DNA of 64,000 nucleotides from Catajapyx aquilonaris (lineage: Eukaryota). This document shows positions 1 through 13,068 of this stretch, piece after piece (the stretch's first letter is position 1; each line of letters begins with the position of its first letter). The position numbers and the translations under genes were made by a program. A model generated the notes under the pieces. The model worked only from the letters and a program-made list of their open reading frames with translations. It ran no database searches and was not told the DNA's origin. The stretch spans positions 1 through 64,000 of the forward strand of contig KZ538094.1 in NCBI GenBank assembly GCA_000934665.2, read 5' to 3'.

Positions 1-145
1 CCCCCCCCCTACGTCTGCCACAGTTCACACTGTTAAATACCTTACTCTTTCGCCTCACTGGATTTCGCAAGATGTTGTGCGGGATTGCTCTGAATAGCCA
101 GGATAACGTTAGAAATCGGCTCGCAAGGGAACTGATTCAATCAAT

Positions 146-385
146 ATGTCGGCGACTGTACATGAGGGCAGGACTGTCAATGCCCAGTACTATTGCGAAT
201 TTATTCTTGGAACCCCATCTGAGAGCAGCAATATGACGCAAATGACCACACTACCTGAACACCAGCCATATCGTGTTACACGACAATGGGCCTTACCATG
301 TCGCAGCTGCAGTGAGAGAATTATTGCTTCGTTGGCAATAGGAAACACTGGAGCACCCTCCCTAATCTCCAGACATGAGAAGTAG
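146..385 (+). pseudogene. Degenerate mariner transposase fragment (catalytic region)
   Basis: Across frames it reads VHEGRTVNAQYYCEF, IVLHDNGPYH and ETLEHP, matching the mariner TVNxxYY, LHDNARPH and EVLPHPPYSPD motifs; frameshifts and stops present. Confidence 0.7.
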
Positions 386-2212
386 CGATAGTACTGGACA
401 TCGACAGTCCTGCCTCGCCACCTGGATCTTCAACCAAGAGCGCTGTTCTAACTTCGATGCCATGACTTAGGCCAGTGCACAAGAATGCGGCCTCTTTGAA
501 TTACCCTGTCACCGTCACCAGTAGCACAATCAGGTCCAAACTTGACATGAACAAGCCCCACGTCTGTCTGGATCTCCCTTCCTGCAAAGAAGCCGCAACC
601 CCGTTTTCGTGTGCGAGGGGTTGCCACTATTTAAAATCCAACCCTCATATCAATCAACATAAACTCTTCCTCACAAGATGTCCCCTTGTGCAGGACTCTA
701 CAATCCTCGGTACTCTTATAGCTAATAGAGAAACTGAACAATATTGTTCAGATGGTATCCTATAAAATAGCTGGTACAGATGTGTAATACAAAATTGCAA
801 AGCCCAGATTCCAATAAGCAGAGATCTATACAACTTCTTCCCAAATTTCCCACTCTTCAAAAATTCAGTACCATGTCCCACAAATAATAACTTGTCGAAT
901 AGAATTAGCTCCCATTTTGGTGTAACATTTGGGCATGATATGTATTAAAGCTTCACGTTCAAATGCAAATATACCATACCTATCAAATACTGCAATCCAT
1001 GTGTCATGGTCAAACTTGGTGCAAATGGAACAATCTGTTCCAAGTACTACATGTAATACTGGCACAATAAGAAGTAACAAATAAGTAAACCTTCAAGCAT
1101 CCCTGGACTAGTAATATTCAGTGATAGACCTCCCAAAACAGCTTCACACTTCTGTCCCTAATTACCTCTTAACATATTGAAGGTGCATGCAATATTCAGT
1201 TAGACTAATGCCACTTTCAGGCAATTAACAGCAAATTGTGCAAAGGAGGAGTGGTGGCAGGGTGACCCCAATGGGGGGTCAACTCTTTGCCACCTGCTGC
1301 ACCAGAGTCAGTTGCATGTTAGCCCTCCTCCTCCCCACTTACAGTCACAGTGGAAGAGTCACCCTACTGATGCATCAACCTGATATCAGGGTACCGGTAC
1401 CAATACAATTTTCACTTATCAGGAGGTAGCAAATAAGTACTTGTTATAGGCCTACACATTTGCAGAAGTTCAAGCCCATTTTCGAGGCAAAGAAAATGTT
1501 TGTTGAGAAATTCCCTGACCCAAGTATGCAACTCCTGATGCGAGGGCCTTGATTTCATTAATAATTTCACTATTGCACATTTATGACATGACCCAAACTA
1601 CCACAGGTCCTTGAGGGTTTACTACATCTTTGGGATAATAATCTTTGGGATAAAATCACAAGTAAAACAACGTTCTGGTCACTGAGCTCCAAGTTGATCA
1701 TGGCAAAGCAAATGACTGTGGCTGCTATGAACTCAAGCAATTGAAAATGGGGAATTTTAAACACACACCTTTTCCCTTTTTGCATACTGTACATAGCAGG
1801 AAAAAACTTCATGAGGGAAAAGTAGTCAATGAGATGCCTCACCCAAGAAATACATCACCCAAATAACACATGAAGAGTCCAGGAGAAAAAGGGGGAATGT
1901 CAAATTCCATTGGGGTTCCTGCCAAGTGCACAGTACAATAGTAGTGTAGGTGCCACTTATACCTGGAGGCTTTCCATGGGTACAAGGGGGACAGTTGCAT
2001 ATAATGACGTGAAGATATCCCTATAATTCTTTAGACACATGAAGAAATAAAGCCATTTCTTCGATTTCTCACAAACATTTTTTGTGACATTCCCCCTTTT
2101 TCCCCTGGACTCTTCACATGGATTATGACAAGAAATTGCTTAGTGCTGGTAATTAAGCGTAATTGCCCATTTCTAGAGGTCATATTTTTCCTGACTAGAC
2201 AAATCAAGCTAT

Positions 2213-3098
2213 GGGCAATTCCACGAAAGAGCGGACATGGGGTGCGGTTCTTACATCTTGACGCAGTTGGAATCTGAGTGACTAAAACCGATAGCATGTG
2301 GACCATGGTTTCCTTAGACATGTTAGTTTGTGACAGTATCATTCCCAACAACACAGTATTATTCCCAGAGTATCTAAGCGTGCGCTCTGTGATATCCGTT
2401 CGGCTAATGCGCATTGCCAGCTGGTTATTCGCTGTAGCGATATGTGAAAGGAAGAGAGACAGACGTTTTCATATAATTCAAGGGCACAAAATGCAACATC
2501 GACCTGTGCAATCACTTTGCTGTATTCATGAATGTGTGACCTTCCACAGCCACACCAAAAGGTATCCAAAGGGCAAAAACTGACCTAGTTCCTATTTCAG
2601 TGCAGCGGAGCCATTATAAGATTATGAATTAACAGACATTCCAATCTCCAAAAATTTATGCTACTCCCAGTAAATCGCTGTAGGTTGTACGTAACGATGC
2701 CGGGTGGTACGTAACGGGTGGATATCTCAAATGTTTTCACGTTCAAAATGAGAATTCTCCCAATCTAATGGCATGATGAGGTTCCTCGCACCCTACTGCC
2801 CCACATGCACTTGAGCTTCGAAACCTGTGCTGTCAAATTTCGCAGAGTTTCCCCCTAGTTGCATATACCCCAGAAAGTGGTGTCCAATGACGGATTGTAC
2901 GTAACGAGATTTCAGACAATCGCACACGCGTGGATGGCCATCGAATGAAATTTCCATGATGTTCCTCACCTTCACATTTCTGCGCTGCATCTGATTTTCA
3001 TAACAGTTAATCTATTACGGCAAGTACCTAGCCGCGGTGGACTCCTAAACACCTCAATACAGCTTCCGATTGTCTGTACGTAACGCGTGGAATTGCCC
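2213..3098. mobile_element. Non-autonomous TIR element, Sola-like
   Basis: TIR GGGCAATTCCACG / CGTGGAATTGCCC; 4-bp TSD CTAT on both sides; four internal GTACGTAACG repeats near the right end. Superfamily inferred only from the termini and 4-bp TSD. Confidence 0.7.
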
Positions 3099-3486
3099 CT
3101 ATACTAAACTAAGCCATAATTGTACGACCCTGCATTTAACTCAGTCGAGTTCTGCTTTTCCCAAAACACTATTGTCTTCTTAGCCTGTTTTCTGTTCAGG
3201 GATGAATTATTCATCCCTGAACCAAAAATAAATAAAAAATAGGGCCTCAGTGAAAGGGGGTAGCCACATGCCTTTAAAGGTGTAGAGTACACTGGTTTCC
3301 TGAAACCCTGTTTCAAGTGGTTTCTGGTGTTTCAGCTTGCAAGTGTACACCTGTTCCAGTAAATGGCTATCCCCTTGCCTCAGTGTGAAAATCAGAAAAA
3401 CAAGGCAAGTCAAAGTACATTTTGCTAGTAACTGATGTGAATGCCATAGTTGTGCAATTATACTGCTATAAACTTTTATTCTCACA

Positions 3487-4236
3487 AGGGACAGTTCCCG
3501 GGTGATATTGACGGATCTTGATGAAGCTTAACATACTAATACAGGACAATATAATTATGATAACCAGAAATGAAATATTTCGGGCTGAGGCCCATATTTG
3601 CAAAAGTTATGATGTCCAAAAGTTTAAGTTCCAAAAATAATACATTTTCATACACAATGGGATTACATTAGCGACCACATATAATGACACCGAAGTCTGC
3701 AAACAGTTTTTATATTTTTTTCTCATCTGAAGAAAATGTTATAGAGAGGCTCTGTTTCATGGTCAACTTCCGGTGACTCGCCACTTCTGGTTTCCTGGGT
3801 TCACTCTATCCGCACAAGTCTACTTTATGAGTGGTTTAGAAAACCGGAAGTCGCAGGTCACCAGAAGTTGACCATGAAACCTATTTTGGTCACGCTTAAT
3901 CTGAATATGAAAACCGTTTGTCGCTATCTCTTACGGTTTAGGCCTTGATACCTGCCCACAGACTGACGGACGGATGGACAGAGCCGTTCTATAACACTAT
4001 TTTCCGATGAGAAAAAATCTAAAAACTGTTTACACACTTCAATGTCGTTATATGTGGTCGCTAATGTAATCCCATTGTGCATGAAAATGTATTATTTTTG
4101 GCACTATAAGACGTCATAACTTTTGCAAATATGGCCCTCAGCCCGAAATATTTCATATGTGGTTATCATTATATTGTTCTGTATTAGCACGTTAAGTTTC
4201 ATCAAGATCCGTCATTATCATATGGGAACTGTTCCT
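3487..4236. mobile_element. Palindromic MITE (Kolobok-like termini) with a nested smaller palindrome at ~3754-3880
   Basis: Imperfect inverted arms of ~250 bp (AGGGACAGTTCCC...GGGAACTGTTCCT); internal inverted pair GTTTCATGGTCAACTTC / GAAGTTGACCATGAAAC. Confidence 0.8.
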
Positions 4237-4432
4237 CAGTTTCTTTGACATAAGCATCAGTGAGTGACACAGCACAAATGCACTATTTTATGCCATTGCC
4301 TGTCAATCTTCCCTCACATCCTGACACCCTCCTTTGTCAATACCCCCAGGATGCCAGGAAGGCCTCGGCCAACATGTCCCCTTTCGCAACTTGACATGGT
4401 GCCTACTTACTCTCTTACCACATAGCCTATAG

Positions 4433-4907
4433 CAGGGGTATTCAACTAGTTTATGACAAGGTCCAGTATTTACCTTTCCTGGGCCACTGAAGGTCCGGAC
4501 CCCCCTCCCCCCCCCNNNNNNNNNNNNNNNNNNNNNNNNNNNNNNNNNNNNNNNNNNNNNNNNNNNNNNNNNNNNNNNNNNNNNNNNNNNNNNNNNNNNN
4601 NNNNNNNNNNNNNNNNNNNNNNNNNNNNNNNNNNNNNNNNNNNNNNNNNNNNNNNNNNNNNNNNNNNNNNNNNNNNNNNNNNNNNNNNNNNNNNNNGGGG
4701 GGGGTTGAAGGTCACACGAGCTTAGGTGAAAGTTGGGAGATTTGAATGGGTGTGTATTTGATAAAATTAGTAGCACTTTTTTCCAAAAAATCATGAATTA
4801 GTAATATTTCTACTGCTATTTCAAAGTGTCCTGTATATCGTCGCGGTCCGGACAAAATTACGTCGCGGTCCGAATCCGGACCGCGGTCCACCAGTTGAAT
4901 AGCCCTG
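4433..4907. mobile_element. hAT-family MITE spanning an assembly gap
   Basis: TIR CAGGGGTATTCAACT / AGTTGAATAGCCCTG; 8-bp TSD GCCTATAG/GCCTATAC. Confidence 0.8.
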
Positions 4908-4981
4908 GCCTATACTGTAAATATCTCTTAAAGGTGCTTTGCCTTCCACAACAACATTTGAAACTTGCTTTCAAGGAAATA

Positions 4982-5857
4982 CGAGGGCGAGTCAATAAAG
5001 AATGAGAAAGCGAAACAATTTTTTGGGGGAATGGTCAGGTCTTGTGGGATTGGCTAAAAAATTATGAGCTTGTAGGCGTGTGCGTCAGATAACATTTAGC
5101 CAAAGAGGCATGCATGATGGGAATTCGCCTACCTAAAATGAAGTAAGTTTGGGATGATCAGTACGCTTCAGCGTCTGGTAGCGGAGTATGGCGAGGCCTG
5201 CCTGAATGCCATCATTACAGGTGTTTAGAGTTGGCTTCACCACTACAATCCCGAATGCAAACAGGCGAGCTCAGTCTGAAAATCACCCAGTTCTCTGAGC
5301 TGAAGAAGGCTGAGATTGTTCGGTCAGCAGGAAAGGCAATGACCATTACCTTCTTCGAATCCCGGGAAATGGTTTACCAGTATGAAGTGCCCCTGCATAC
5401 AAAAGTCACTGATAAGTATTACACGGGTATTACGTGACAGTTTTGAAGGTCCTCATCTGACGAAAGCGCCCTGAGCTGCATCCTGCCTACACCAGGATAA
5501 TGCATGGCCACACATTTCCAACGTTGTTGCCCAATATTTGACCCAACGAAACATCGAAGGTGTGCCATACAGCCCGGACCTAGCTCCCTGCACTGTTTTC
5601 TGTTCCCTTGTCAGAAATCGGTACTGTGGGGCCACCATTTTGGATTAACAACTGCCATTATGAAGAAGGCGGAGGCGATTCTGAAGATGATGTCATAATA
5701 CGGGTTCTAGCATGTCATCCATGACTGCCATAAATGTTGCGCCAAGTGCATACAACTCAATGGGGACTTTCTCGAAAAACACAATATCAACCTGGACCCT
5801 GCTTAATGTATTACGTGAGAAATAAATTCTTCCTCATTCTTTATTGACTTGCCCTCG
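4982..5857 (+). mobile_element. Internally deleted, degenerate mariner element
   Basis: TA TSD; TIR CGAGGGCGAGTCAATAAAGAATGAG; relic motifs SAGKAMTITFF, LHQDNAWPH and PYSPDLAP. Confidence 0.9.
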
Positions 5858-7093
5858 TACATGCCACAATGACACAGTTCTTGACACTGTTTACGCAAAT
5901 CAAGCTTTCTTGGCTATTGCAGGAACTGATCTCTAAAATGTTTCATTACACAAAAGGAAGAATGGAAAAACTCTAAAAATGAACTTTTTAAGTGACCAAA
6001 TGTAACTGCATATTATGTTCCATTGAGTGGAGAAAAATCAGAGTTACAAGAAAAATATGTACCGATAAAATGACAATACACACCAGCATAGTTGTATATC
6101 TATTTGACACATCCCATGTGGCATTCCATTTCTGCTGGCATGTGTTTTGAAGGTCATGTGATGTTTTTAAAATACAATTTCAAGTTTTAATTATTGGGCC
6201 AGTGGTCCTTTAGACAACGTCATGGTCTTCAATCCCTAACCTCACTTGCGTGAACCTTTTTAAAAACTCTAATTACACATTCAATACCCTAGAGTGGGAT
6301 ACCTACATTTTTTTACTCTACAATTTTTTGACTCCCTATGTCATAATCAGGTTTCTCATTTCAGGGAGCCAAAGTGTGTTCCTCCTAATGCTGGTGCAGA
6401 GCTACTGCAAACATTAAAATTTACACCACTTGTTCTACAGATCAACATAGACCCTCTCTCTACCAAAGCACACAATTCATTGTATTTGTTTTTAAAAACG
6501 AACACACATGCGCGCACACAATGGTGTAGCCATTGTTCAGCAATGAGGTATATCAAGTAAGAGCTTATTTATCTAAACAACAGTGAAGCAAATATATGCC
6601 AAAATCACCGTTATTTTGCCTGAATCTATCATATATTTATTACTTTTGCTGGAACTACTCTGATATATGAAAGACCTCTGGGGAAATGACCATGGTCCAT
6701 GTTTAGTTAAAAGGGAATTACAAAAAATATACACTGAATAAAAAATTACTCTTCTTATTGGGACCAGTGCTGGCCCTACAACGTAAAAACACTTCCAAAG
6801 AAGGATGTGGAAAAACTTGTCAACAAACTAGCATAATATACTGCATATAGAACACAAAATTACATATTTCAAACTAGGGTGTTTACTCCTCAGGGACTCG
6901 GATCATATTCCTTCTCTCACACAATTTATATTATAAACCCATCATCTGACTTGTCCACATGATTGCAATGTAAAGGCTTCCCTTGGACATATTACTGATC
7001 CCCTCTTCTCCTGTCATAGGAAAAAATATATATTCTGGAAGATGGCCTACTTTCAAGACAAAAGTAACTAAGCTACCTGAAAACACATTGGCA

Positions 7094-8107
7094 CTATTGT
7101 TCACCATCCACTGACCCTGCACTCTGAATATACAACTGAATGTCATGAACATGCATTTCAGACAAGGAAATAAGACTGGAGAGAAACACAAAACCCAAAT
7201 ATTGTACAGACATCAGAAATTCCCACAGCTTATCAAAAAAAACAGCAGTTAAAATGAGCTGCAGCAAATTAAACACATTTAACAATCGCCACAACCAGAA
7301 GATGAACCACATGATGGCTGACTTCATAACTTGCTCCTGAATGATGGACTGGCGTGGAGTGACCGCTTCTTTTTGCAAGGCTTCCTGATAGAGAGCAATA
7401 TATCTGTTCCAAGCAGTAGAACTGAGCAATGCCTGCATGGCAAAGCACACAACCAAGCGCACTATCTTACCCATGGACACATGGCTCTTAGTTTGTCCTG
7501 AATCTTTTTGTTCAAATAAAGCCAGAGGCATGTACGGTCCTCGGCGTGGTGGGTGGCTCCTAAGGTACAGCATGCATCCAACAAAAACAAAAATGCACCC
7601 TAAACCATCACATATCCCATCTACAAAATAGCCTAGAGAGCCAACTTCTGAGATGTTTGTGTCGATATTCTTGGTAGCACGAGCAACCACTCCATCTAGG
7701 GCATCCAAAAAATTCCTAACCATAAAGAGGAAGACCCCCATTCGGCGTATGGAGAGAGAATCATTGGTAAGCAGACGGGCTGACACCAGTCCAACAAATA
7801 CATGCAAAAGGCTTATCATGTCGGCAGTGATAAACGGAAAATTTTTGGGGGTGTTGAACACCATGTTGAAAGCCACAGCAAGTGGGTGATGAACATAATG
7901 ATTTGTATGATCAAGCATTATCATCTTCACAGTTACATGGCAGAAGGGTGAGATCTGGCATAGCCTGCTTGCAGTCTCATTTTTTGGTGGTCTCATATTT
8001 CCATTTTGAACACAAAAATACAGGTGAATATCCAGCAGCAAGTATATGACCACCACAAACAACAGTCCACCTAACAAGCATTTGTTTCCTGAAGGGAAGA
8101 GGCTCAT
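7094..8107 (-). CDS. Cpes: Ceramide phosphoethanolamine synthase (CDP-alcohol phosphotransferase family), 337 aa, single coding exon
   Basis: Intact ORF with the CDP-alcohol phosphotransferase motif DALDGVVAR...G...DGICD, several hydrophobic segments and an N-terminal MLDHTNHY block I recognise from insect CPES. The true start is ATG 8107 (context CAAG-ATG), not the TTG at 8119. In-frame stops lie upstream, and a splice acceptor (tttgctccttgcacag|G) opens the exon at 8144. Confidence 0.9.
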   Translation of the reverse strand: MSLFPSGNKCLLGGLLFVVVIYLLLDIHLYFCVQNGNMRPPKNETASRLCQISPFCHVTVKMIMLDHTNHYVHHPLAVAFNMVFNTPKNFPFITADMISLLHVFVGLVSARLLTNDSLSIRRMGVFLFMVRNFLDALDGVVARATKNIDTNISEVGSLGYFVDGICDGLGCIFVFVGCMLYLRSHPPRRGPYMPLALFEQKDSGQTKSHVSMGKIVRLVVCFAMQALLSSTAWNRYIALYQEALQKEAVTPRQSIIQEQVMKSAIMWFIFWLWRLLNVFNLLQLILTAVFFDKLWEFLMSVQYLGFVFLSSLISLSEMHVHDIQLYIQSAGSVDGEQ

Positions 8108-8731
8108 CTTGAATTCCAATTTATTTTACTTGCGCTCTTCTCACCTGTGCAAGGAGCAAAGAAGACAAAAAAAGAACAAATTAATTGAAGTCATGTGGTG
8201 CTTCACTAATACTCTAAAAACCTTAAGGACTTGAACATCTGCGAGAAGCAACATGTACCAAAATGATGCTGCAGCTTGTGGTGCACCAAAATGCAAGAAG
8301 CAGCCTCACAAGAGATAGTAATGGAGTTGGATTTAACAACACATTCCAGCAAAGCAAACCACAATAATTTTTTAATTAAACTGACACTGGGAATGATAAA
8401 TGCGCAAACTCATAATAATTTGGTAACCTTAAATTTCTGATTGTTCAATTTGCAGAGAGGCATCCCATATCAGACAGGTCAAACCTGGAACTTGAGGAAA
8501 CTAAAAATGGCACCACTCACACAAGTACTAGATGAACTAGAAGGGCATTAAAATGTGCAACAGAATAATTCTGCCACAGTCTGTGGTGAGTTGAAATAAT
8601 ACAGTGGGCCCTCCATAACTGCAGATTCAACCAGATATGGATCGAAAATACTTTGNGGGGTGAGGGGGGTAATTATAGGTAATCTGGAGATGATTATTTT
8701 AAAGTATACAAGAGAAAGTGAATATGTTGTA

Positions 8732-9467
8732 CAGGGTGGGGCAAAAGTCATGGGCGGGTTTAAACGACGCAGCATGGCGTAAGTAACGAACGATTATATA
8801 TTTTTAAAATTACACTACACAGAGAAAGATATGCCATTTATGGATGAGGTCCAAAAAAGCCACTTCTTGAAAACAACACCGGATAGATGTCCACCTTTGC
8901 AAGCAACACATTATTCCTCCAAACGCCGGACGAAATCCTTCATAACGTGCTCCAGGTGTCCAGGGAAATGTTTCTCACGGCTTGCCTTGTCTGATCCTTA
9001 AGAGCAGCCAATGACTGAGGACGTGTGGCGAACACCGAACAAATTAAAAGTCAAGTGTTTCCTGGGAGGGTCATTTCGAGATTTGGGGACATTCCTTGGC
9101 AGTCGCGGTCGCCGGATTTGACCACCCCCGACTTCTTCATGTGGGGGTACCTGAAGAGTTTGGTGTTCGCCACACGTCCTCAGTCATCGGCTGATCTTAA
9201 GGATCAGATAAGACACGCCATGGGAAACATTTCACTGGACATGCTGGAGTGCGTTATGAAGGGTTTCATCCGGCATTTGGAGGAATATGTGTTGCCCGCA
9301 AAGGTGGACATCTATCTGGTGTTGTGTTCAAGAAGTGACTTTTTTGGACCTTGATCCATAAATGACATATCTTTCTCTGTGTAGTGTAATTTTTAAAAAA
9401 TATAATTGTTTGTTACTTACGCCATGATGTGTCATTTAAACCAGCCCATGACTTTTGCCCCACCCTG
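8732..9467. mobile_element. Foldback Tc1/mariner-superfamily derivative with a transposase C-terminal fragment (ORF 9025-9354)
   Basis: TA TSD; TIR CAGGGTGGGGCAAAAGTCATGGG; inverted arms of ~290 bp; peptide FPGRVISRFGDIPWQSRSPDLTTPDFFMWGYLKSLVF is typical of DD41D/DD37D-type transposases. Confidence 0.9.
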
Positions 9468-10850
9468 TACAATGGAAAATGCACTGTAATGCAAATGGCA
9501 TGGCATTCGAGTGCAGGAATGGAGAAACCATACTGTTTTCTCCAGTTCTTTTGCATTTTTCACCCATTAAACAGTTCCTTTGTTTGCAAGAATACTGCTC
9601 TGCTAACACAGGATGTTACTATGCCCAAGAAGAGGGTCTGAACTAGGAGGGCTGAGGGGAGAGTTGATAGATTAGTCAATCCTGGGCCTCATTTGAACTC
9701 TAGTTCAGATTCTGCACAAAATTAGGACTTCCTTGACTTTTCTGCACATTTTTGTGCCTGCACAAAGCATGCACAAGAGTAGTGGACTCTTCTAGTCTTA
9801 CACCATTTACACACAAAAAAACATTCCGCAACACTCGACCAATATGCAAATACACTGCAAGACGGCTGTCAACTTTACTGGCATTGACAGGGGTAAATCT
9901 ATCCATCCCCTCTCCACTGTCTGCCTCATTGGGAGCATAAACTTGAACAGAGTAACACCCGTGTATGTCACTGACTACAGGACCTGTGCCAATGTTTTTA
10001 AAATTGCACCATCCTTTCTACACACAAACAACATAATTTTGTGCAGCCTAACAAGTGCATATGTGCACATGCTTTTGTGTTTTCTGTTTAAAGACATATG
10101 TCACTCACTCCAGACAACTGAGGGTGGTAAGAAATACAAGAACACACAGAGTTCCCATATGTCATGCATTTGACGCAAAGTACCTTGGCATAATATCATT
10201 GGCAAGACTTGACAACTCCTCGTCTTGCCAAGCCTCATATCACCTTATAGCAACATGGATTGTCCCAAGTTGGTGATATTCAGATAAAATAGTGAGAGTG
10301 AGATCTGCCTTTAAACAGAAACTCCATAACATGCTCATAACATGAAAACAAGCCAAGCAAAAAACGGATACCTGTAGAAGTAAAAGAGGGCAAGTGACAC
10401 ATACAAAACTACAATAGAAGGGATGAACAACTAATTAGGGGCATAAACCCCATGTCATAATATTCAATATTGTTCCAAAGCTTCATCCAATTACATTTGT
10501 TAGACACAATACACAGTATGGTCTACTTCATCCATACTAATGACAGTAGAATTGCTTATAAGAATCACTGCTCCAATAAACTGGTTCAGCATTGTCAACA
10601 ATGTGTTTCTATTCACTCCTCTTAAGTAGTTTATCAAGACATATGTTATGTAGATTTAAAAGCTTTCTAACGCTGTATAACATAATTTTTTTGGGCCCTT
10701 TTCCTGGGTGTTATGTAGAGTCAAACACAGGGGCCAGTATTTAAAAAATCCGATAGTAGGTATTTTATACAATCCCTAGGCAAAGTATGTAACATATTCA
10801 AAACAAAACAGACATTTCATACTTTGCCTAAAAACTTCAGGCATTCTATA

Positions 10851-11277
10851 CTGGGTGTTTCTTACTAGTAGGTCCAAAGTCAGCTTATTCCTTGGGCCAA
10901 AACAAGTCGAAAATGTAGGGGTGAGAAATGTCGAGAGACCAACCTTTAACAAGGTAGATGACCAGAAACATTTGCCAGTGGTTGCCAAAGGAGCAGTATT
11001 TGAGCAGGAAAATCGTGACCGTTGGGATTTGGAGGGTCTCCTCTTTCACGGAAGTGATTATCTCAGCTCATATCCTGCACCTTCAGGCCCTATCACGGGG
11101 TAAATTTTAAAAAATAATAATAATAATAAATATCCTGCACCTTCGGCAACCACCGGCCAATGTTTCTGGTCATCTAACTCGTTACTGGTTAGTACCTCGA
11201 CATTTCTCACCCCTACATTTTCGAATTGTTTCGAAATACGCCAACTTTGGGTTGACCTACTAGTAAGAAACACCCTG
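10851..11277. mobile_element. Tc1/mariner-type MITE
   Basis: TA flanks; TIR C(T/A)GGGTGTTTCTTACTAGTAGGTC; inverted arms of ~140 bp. Confidence 0.85.
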
Positions 11278-11438
11278 TATAATGCATGCTTTTCACACAT
11301 TGCCAGTAACATACATACTCAAAACCTTCAAATTTGGACTTTGTGGATTTCACTTGTATGCTGATGATATCTTCTTTCTACATATGTTGCTTCAAGCCAT
11401 GGCATGTATTGTTTTATTACAGCTGAACATTCCTAATA

Positions 11439-11613
11439 CAGTTGACTCCAGACATAAGAGACTTCAAGGGACCATGAAATTGGTATCCTATAACCAAGCT
11501 CTGTTACAGCCAGATACACAAGCCATATATGGAAGTACGCCGGGACCAGCCTTTCAAATTGGCAATAACCCAGGGTTGCTTATAGCCGAGGCTTTTATAT
11601 CCGCAGTCGACTG
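11439..11613. mobile_element. Tigger/pogo-like MITE
   Basis: TA|CAGTTGACT...AGTCGACTG|TA. Confidence 0.65.
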
Positions 11614-12721
11614 TACATAATCAACATATTGTAGTTTCAAAAACCTATTGAATATCCCAATCACAGAGTATGCAAATGGTGAATTGGTACTAAGTGCCCC
11701 ACTCCCATCCCTCTTCACTGACATCATATAAAGATCAAACCTGATTTTCAGAAAAGAGGGTCAATTTTTTAATGACTGCATTAGATACCTTGCATGTCAA
11801 GGTATGTACAGGACCGCTCATAAAGAATGTACGACTCTATGGACAAATTGTTTATCTTGTTCCCAACCCCTGGGTCGCCAGCACAATTTTAAGTGTGGTC
11901 GCAAGGAAGTCCAGGAAAAAATAATCAAAATAAAGTAAAAAAGAGAAGACAAAAATAAGAGAAAGTAAGAAAATGTTAGGGGGGAAATTCACATCAAAGC
12001 TACGTAAGCATTGTACCTGGTTGAACATTTTAGTAATTAAAAATTTCATTGAAAATTGGGATGGGTCATACAAGTCGCCAGGGGTCCAGAAAAGGTTGTC
12101 CATAGTCGCGTCGGAATAAAGGGGGGAAAACTGCTGGAAATTGAGAATCAACATTTCGTCAATCGAGTCTTACCATTCTTTATGAGCAGTACTATACTAT
12201 CAGCACAATACACTTTACTCCCAGTTGCTGTACTCTGCAGTGCTCAACGTGAACTGAGCCTTGGGCTGACCACCCCTTCACACCTCATCTGGCATGCCCC
12301 CCTGTGGGGGGCTCGCTAGCCTAGCCTACATGAATTTCACTTCGGGGTGAGTCAAAAACAGCATGCATTTTGCCAGTCAAGGATATGGTACAACTGACCA
12401 AATGCCACCATGTGGCGTCCTGCACCTGCAATACACCTTTTGCCCAGGGCCAAGAGACATTTAAGAGGTAGCTTGGTCAATTTGGCAATTTAATTAATGT
12501 GCCAGTTTAACATGTGGAGGTGGGGAAGAAGTGGGATTCCAGCTGACTATGTGACTGGTGCCAACAGAAATCTTGCTTGTGTTGCCAACTAGGCAATCTC
12601 ACAATGCTGCTAGTGCTGACAAATTGATTGGCAACATTTAAGAAGGCTGGCATTTTATCTGAGGACTTAAACCACTCCTGGGGGCTAGCTCTCACACAAA
12701 CTGATTAACCCAGGGGGTTAA

Positions 12722-13051
12722 CCACTTCGGTACTCCGGTGTACATCTGCAGTGGTACTCCTTAGGTACCCCTGCGAGCATAAAGATGGAGACGGCAGGCC
12801 CTTTTTTTGACCTTTCTTTATCAGACTCAAATTAATGAACTCTTTTTGGACCGAGTTAGCTGCATCGGGAATGTGTTTGTGTATTTATGACAGTATATTT
12901 GATACCGTAATAGCTGCAATTGGCAGAGCAGCCTGCCGAAGGAGAGGGCCTGCCGTCTTCTCCATCTTTATGCTCACGGGTGTACCTTACTCTGGTACTC
13001 CTTGGTACTCCTTGAATTTGGTACTCCAGTGTACACTTTACAGTAGAGTGG
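12722..13051. mobile_element. TTAA-flanked MITE (piggyBac-like)
   Basis: TTAA|CCACT...AGTGG|TTAA; internal inverted segments (AAAGATGGAGACGGCAGGCCC / GGGCCTGCCGTCTTCTCCATCTTT). Confidence 0.65.
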
Positions 13052-13068
13052 TTAACCCCTTGGATTAA

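Noticed and set aside
650..1100. Possible ancient LINE reverse-transcriptase relic on the minus strand
   Set aside because: Only faint resemblance, with no diagnostic motif intact.
4303..4794. Long ORFs spanning N runs (also 21469-21872)
   Set aside because: Artefacts of assembly gaps next to poly-G/C tracts inside MITEs.
10185..10245. SECIS element
   Set aside because: AUGA/UGA are present, but helix register and apical AA spacing do not match, and no selenoprotein ORF is adjacent.
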